DNA of 58,499 bases, taken from positions 1 to 58,499 of IMG/VR virus record IMGVR_UViG_3300022744_000032. One strand, 5' to 3'. Origin of the DNA: a virus. Its lineage: Duplodnaviria; Caudoviricetes. A program made the position numbers and the translations under genes. The notes beneath the pieces are model-generated. The model searched no databases. It saw only the letters and a list, made by a program, of their open reading frames with translations, and was not told where the DNA came from. Below are positions 54,203 through 58,499 of the stretch, piece after piece. Position 1 is the first letter of the stretch; the number at the start of each line of letters is the position of its first letter.

Positions 54203-57200
54203 CAGCCACCTCCTTTTTTCGCGCCAAGTTCAGAGACCGAATCCCCGAACATGACAAGGTCAAATGGGGAGGTGCCAGACACTTCCACCTCAAAGTCCAC
54301 CGCACGGTAGCCAGCAGGCAGTCTTACCAGTTGTGGGGTTCCCGCCGGGATACTTTTCGTCGCGCGTAATTGCCCGTCCCCATACAGTTTTACTGTAGGC
54401 GTTCCTTCTGCTTCGATATACACCGCGGAAGGGCACATCGCGCGGGGCGAGACATCAATCCCTGATTTCCAGCGGTATGTCAGGTCGCTTCCTTTTTCCC
54501 AGGCAGATATAGGAACCGAAGAGGTTTCCAGCACACTGTAAGGCGCAGGTGGGGCAACAGAGAGCATGTAATCATCGTTATTGCGCGCAACCCCCCGTGT
54601 GATCCGGAGTTTCCGTAAATACCCTTCGTCACTATAAACGTAGGTAGGATTATCCGCGGCACAACCGATGTTAAGCCCCCCTGCACCAGTAGGCGGGTAC
54701 TGAGTCCCAGCCATATCATTTGCAGTCAAATCCCAGTTTTCGACGTGCCCATTCCACCCATACTGATAGGTGCCTGGAACATTTTCGATAGATGCCGCCG
54801 CCACCACCCAATCGGGGTGATAAAGAGGTTCCGGGTGGTAGATAGTAAACCGTACATGGATCCAATCACCGTAATTCCATGTTCCCGCTCCAGGGAGGGG
54901 GCACGCAAAGGACTTCGACCATCCTTGTGTGAAAAGTTTTAGGTCGCCTTGCTCAAAGAACAGCAAAAACGCGTGAAAACGGTGCCCATCATCGAGAAGG
55001 GGCAAGGAATCAAAAACAAAAAAATTGTGTGGGCTAGACGGTAAAAGTACCTCTACATCGATCGTAAAGTCGTCCATGCCCAGTGAGAAGGATTCATCTG
55101 TCGCCGCCGCGAGATATCCAGTCCCCGCCGCAGGGATTCGCAACGCGTTATACCCGCCGTTTTGATGCGCAGAAGAAATAGCGGCATCGCCGTGGCAAGT
55201 AAAGAGCCGCCCCGACACCGCACAGTGCATGGTCGTGGTACCTGCGGGCAAATTCATATCCAGATCTAAAACTACCTGGTTACGATAGGGGTCAGTAGGC
55301 GGTGTTGTATCCGCACCATCCTGCTTTATATAGACCGTTCCATCCCCCTCGTGATCTACAAAAACGTTGGTAAAAAATTCAGTGCAGGTTGTCAGTGCAT
55401 TCACGCCGTTGCGTGGGTCAAAGATAAATGTTTTTCGCTCTGTCCCATTGTCGTAGCAGCCGATATAGCGCCCTTCAATCTGGAATGCAACGATTGTGTC
55501 TGGGAAGAAAAGAGACTTCCACTGCGCCCACGACATCAACTTCTCGGTGAGGTTAATAACCCCGCTTGGATCAATGGACATGAGTCCTTCATTCGAAGCG
55601 TAGAACGTCGTGCCTCCCATATCCACCGCGCTGCGGGCAGATACACATCCGTACCGTTCACTCAACGCAACCTGCGCCATCGCACTAGGGTGCGCGCCCA
55701 TGACGAGCACCGGCGCTGCAGTCGTTAGTACAATAATCCCGTCCTTCATCGGTTGGATATCGACAATCGGGTGCTTCACGTTGATACGGTAATCCGCCGG
55801 CCACGCATGGGGGAGGAATGGCTCACTGAAGCAAATCGTACGATCCGCGTAGCCAACAAAAGTGTTCCGCCCCATGTGGATAATCTTTTGCATATCCACT
55901 GTGTACAGATCGGGCTCGAGGACTGTATTTGGGGGGCCTATCCAGGTAAACGATGGACAAACTTCTTGCAGGTCGCTATCGATAACCCCATCCGTGCACG
56001 TGGTTGTTGTGATGGGCTGATCCATACAAAACTGGAATGCAGTTTCTTGTGTGCCCGTATTACTCCGGTAAATCCGGATTTTTCCGCCTTCCAGCTGCGG
56101 GTATTCAGGCGGGTATTCCCCCGAAAATGTCAGGGTTGCTTCTCCTACTGCCGTGACAGTATTAACCGAGATCACATCCCCGACGTCCGACTGGAGATTC
56201 CCTTCCTTGATAGTAAAAGTGACCCCACTCGCCGTGAATGGCTTGAATGAGTAAGCGTAATGATCGACAGTACCTGACGCACTGCCCACGACTTGCCACA
56301 CAGAGGGGCCAATCTGAGCTACATGGATGCTGTTCCCTATAACAGAGAACGTGTACACCCCAGTGTAATGCGCGTCACCGAAGTAGATCTCTACGCCAGA
56401 TACCTCTCCGGGAGAGTGACAAATACCTTTCACCCCAAGCCACGTGAATACAGTCTCGCCGGGGGCTTTATATTCAGGAAAATATTTCTGCTTGTGTGTG
56501 TCAGTCTCAAACTCGATCTTCCAGTCACCGACCAGTGCGGCTCCGGTTGCCCGGATATACTGTGGTCCGCGAGAGTCAATCGGACCATCGTCCAGTAAAA
56601 GATCAACTACTTTCGGCCCTGCCGCGGCGATACGGAAAATATCCCCTTTTGCAGGACGTACCCACCCCGCGCCGGACGGTACATCCAGTTTGAATGTGAT
56701 GATGTTGTTCGAGTACACTGCTCCAACAGTCGCGTTTGGCTGCGCCCCTGAAACCCCACCAACAACAGAATAAACCCCGCGCCCCGACGTCAGTGTATGT
56801 GTTGCGGAGGTCCCCGCCCCAGTGAACACCAGTGTGAACGCATCCCCGAGGGCGTAATCACCTGGAGTGATCCGGAAACCCAGATAGTCTCCGGGGTAGG
56901 AAACATTTACTGTCGCATCATCAACTGCACCATGTACGTCACCAGTGACGGAAAAAACCGCAGAGGTACCGGCCGTCGTACACACCAGTGTCCAGATTTC
57001 TGCCACGGTATCTTCTGTGGGTACGATGGATGTTACCGTCCCGGTCCCGTGGTTGCCTCCTTCCGTTTCGATACAAGTGATATCCCACATCTCTGTGATC
57101 TGGGTCGCTGTAGGGTAAACAAATGCGACCTCTGAAATACGGATATTCCCGATGTTATTACCGCTTGTTTCTATATCAGTTGACGCAGCGGTTACTGCTG

Positions 57201-57873
57201 TCGCTGTCCAGATCTCTTCCGGCGCGCCCTTCACAATAATCGGATGCCAGAATGTAGCGTCCCCGACATTGTCAAAACCTTTGACGATCTTCGCGGCGTC
57301 GATCAGGTCAGACGCCGTATTCGAAGCCCGCAGATGCGCCACGGGGCGGGTGGGAGAAGAAGGGGGGCCTTCGTACCCGAACCGGTCAACATACGAGTAG
57401 ATGTAACTGACGTATTCAATATTGAGGTCTGACGTGCCCTCTGGAATTGCCGGGACATCAACCACAGGCTGTGTAGTCGGCGCAGGAATCCCCAGGGGAT
57501 ACACCTCCATGCCGGACTCCACCACCGCCCGGAGCGTGGGGTAAGAAACACCATCGACTACTGCGCGCCGGGCTTCTGCAACACGTTTATATGGGTCATT
57601 CAACGCAGGGATTTTAACGCGGGAACAGTCTTGCCCTACATCCCATAGCCACCCATTCCCTGCGCCTTCGTATCGATAGAAGGAGTCCATCCCTGTCGTG
57701 CCAAGAAGACGGGTACCTTGTTCATCAGTAACTGCAGCCAGCCCTTTTAGTGGAACAAGGCTGCCACTTTCAAGACGGACATTTTCCGCGACCTGCGCGA
57801 AGGAATCGCCAAGTTTTCGCGGAGAAATGAGCGGGGCAATGCCGCCGAAAGTAGAGTGAACGATGGCTGTCAT
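54202..57873 (-). CDS. Tail tubular B / stabilisation-like protein with inserted domains
   Basis: FGGIAP...AQVAEN; GYEGPPS; FSEPFLPHAWP; GCVSARS; YRWKSG; RLPAGY; LamG-like insert. Confidence 0.75.
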   Translation of the reverse strand: MTAIVHSTFGGIAPLISPRKLGDSFAQVAENVRLESGSLVPLKGLAAVTDEQGTRLLGTTGMDSFYRYEGAGNGWLWDVGQDCSRVKIPALNDPYKRVAEARRAVVDGVSYPTLRAVVESGMEVYPLGIPAPTTQPVVDVPAIPEGTSDLNIEYVSYIYSYVDRFGYEGPPSSPTRPVAHLRASNTASDLIDAAKIVKGFDNVGDATFWHPIIVKGAPEEIWTATAVTAASTDIETSGNNIGNIRISEVAFVYPTATQITEMWDITCIETEGGNHGTGTVTSIVPTEDTVAEIWTLVCTTAGTSAVFSVTGDVHGAVDDATVNVSYPGDYLGFRITPGDYALGDAFTLVFTGAGTSATHTLTSGRGVYSVVGGVSGAQPNATVGAVYSNNIITFKLDVPSGAGWVRPAKGDIFRIAAAGPKVVDLLLDDGPIDSRGPQYIRATGAALVGDWKIEFETDTHKQKYFPEYKAPGETVFTWLGVKGICHSPGEVSGVEIYFGDAHYTGVYTFSVIGNSIHVAQIGPSVWQVVGSASGTVDHYAYSFKPFTASGVTFTIKEGNLQSDVGDVISVNTVTAVGEATLTFSGEYPPEYPQLEGGKIRIYRSNTGTQETAFQFCMDQPITTTTCTDGVIDSDLQEVCPSFTWIGPPNTVLEPDLYTVDMQKIIHMGRNTFVGYADRTICFSEPFLPHAWPADYRINVKHPIVDIQPMKDGIIVLTTAAPVLVMGAHPSAMAQVALSERYGCVSARSAVDMGGTTFYASNEGLMSIDPSGVINLTEKLMSWAQWKSLFFPDTIVAFQIEGRYIGCYDNGTERKTFIFDPRNGVNALTTCTEFFTNVFVDHEGDGTVYIKQDGADTTPPTDPYRNQVVLDLDMNLPAGTTTMHCAVSGRLFTCHGDAAISSAHQNGGYNALRIPAAGTGYLAAATDESFSLGMDDFTIDVEVLLPSSPHNFFVFDSLPLLDDGHRFHAFLLFFEQGDLKLFTQGWSKSFACPLPGAGTWNYGDWIHVRFTIYHPEPLYHPDWVVAAASIENVPGTYQYGWNGHVENWDLTANDMAGTQYPPTGAGGLNIGCAADNPTYVYSDEGYLRKLRITRGVARNNDDYMLSVAPPAPYSVLETSSVPISAWEKGSDLTYRWKSGIDVSPRAMCPSAVYIEAEGTPTVKLYGDGQLRATKSIPAGTPQLVRLPAGYRAVDFEVEVSGTSPFDLVMFGDSVSELGAKKGGG

Positions 57874-58170
57874 TTAGCCGCTAACCCCGAAAATTTTTTC
57901 GCCCAGGTGTTTAAGCGACGCACCGAGCCCCGCGCCCAGTCCGGTACCGCCGAGAAGAAGCAGTGCGATACGGCCGGCGATCTTTGCATCACGTTCTGCA
58001 CGAGCAACTTGTGCAGTCTGAAGCGCCAATGTCAGTGAATCGAATTTCGTATTCAGGTTATCCAACTTGCTGTTGGTCTCTTCCTTGTGGGACAGCAATT
58101 CCCGCGTAAGATTTTCATACCGCGCGTTCAGTGTTCCCAGTTTTTCACTTACCTCATCAATTCCCGGCAT
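57874..58170 (-). CDS. Coiled-coil plus TM protein (holin-like candidate)
   Basis: Follows endolysin; C-terminal hydrophobic segment. Confidence 0.5.
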   Translation of the reverse strand: MPGIDEVSEKLGTLNARYENLTRELLSHKEETNSKLDNLNTKFDSLTLALQTAQVARAERDAKIAGRIALLLLGGTGLGAGLGASLKHLGEKIFGVSG

Positions 58171-58499
58171 TGAGTACCACCCTGTTTTTTAACCAACCGA
58201 ATACGAAGTCTTCATCTGCTTCCTGGTTTTCCGCCAACTCAATGTACCGGGCCCCTTGTAGCGCGTTCAACGCGGTGAGCAATACTGCTTCCCCGCCTTT
58301 GTTGCTGTAGTAAGTAAGATAGAGTTTCAGCGCCCCGAGCGTGCCAGGCCCTACCCCGCCATCGACAGCGAGATTTGCGAATAATTTTTTCCGTTGGTTC
58401 AGGACATTCAGCGCACGCTGGAGAAATTTCCCCGCAACACCCGGCCCCATATTGACGCCGGTATCGACCAGCTCAAGCGCGATTGCGGGAGACAACTCC
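58157..58499 (-). CDS. Endolysin, GH108 family with peptidoglycan-binding domain (N-terminus off window)
   Basis: DTGVNMGPG...FLQRALN...VDGGVGPGTL...FVFGWLKNRV. Confidence 0.88.
   Translation of the reverse strand, partial: ELSPAIALELVDTGVNMGPGVAGKFLQRALNVLNQRKKLFANLAVDGGVGPGTLGALKLYLTYYSNKGGEAVLLTALNALQGARYIELAENQEADEDFVFGWLKNRVVLNAGN

Noticed and set aside
1-58499. Window is a closed circle
   Set aside because: The left-edge ORF does not join in frame to the endolysin fragment at the right edge, and the GH108 catalytic N-terminus is missing

Overview
The window is almost all of a ~58.5 kb temperate podovirus-type phage genome in its unintegrated form (attP intact). Both edges cut through genes. 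Virion, packaging and lysis genes run on the - strand (1-21042 and 49690-58499): internal virion proteins, N4-gp56-type major capsid protein, scaffold, portal, TerL with a class 3 intein, TerS, tail proteins, GH108 endolysin, plus the integrase. Early and replication genes run on the + strand (21516-49606): family A DNA polymerase, primase-helicase, PD-(D/E)XK nuclease, SNF2-like helicase, SSB-like protein, XRE repressor, Xis-like protein and a Tad1-like sponge. Two systems stand out. (1) A phage-encoded ubiquitin-like conjugation operon (Ubl with a Lys-rich tail, E1/ThiF, JAB, large E2-like protein) with three back-to-back long-stem RNA-like domains between Ubl and E1. (2) An array of seven integron-type cassettes with canonical attC sites on the - strand, ORFs antisense to attC, an attI-like end and no IntI. 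Also seen: a dispersed 17-bp operator (11 copies), a repeated TAGGGGG hairpin element before early genes, a composite tandem repeat at the strand switch, and an iteron-like origin. All family calls come from motif recognition by eye; no database searches were run.
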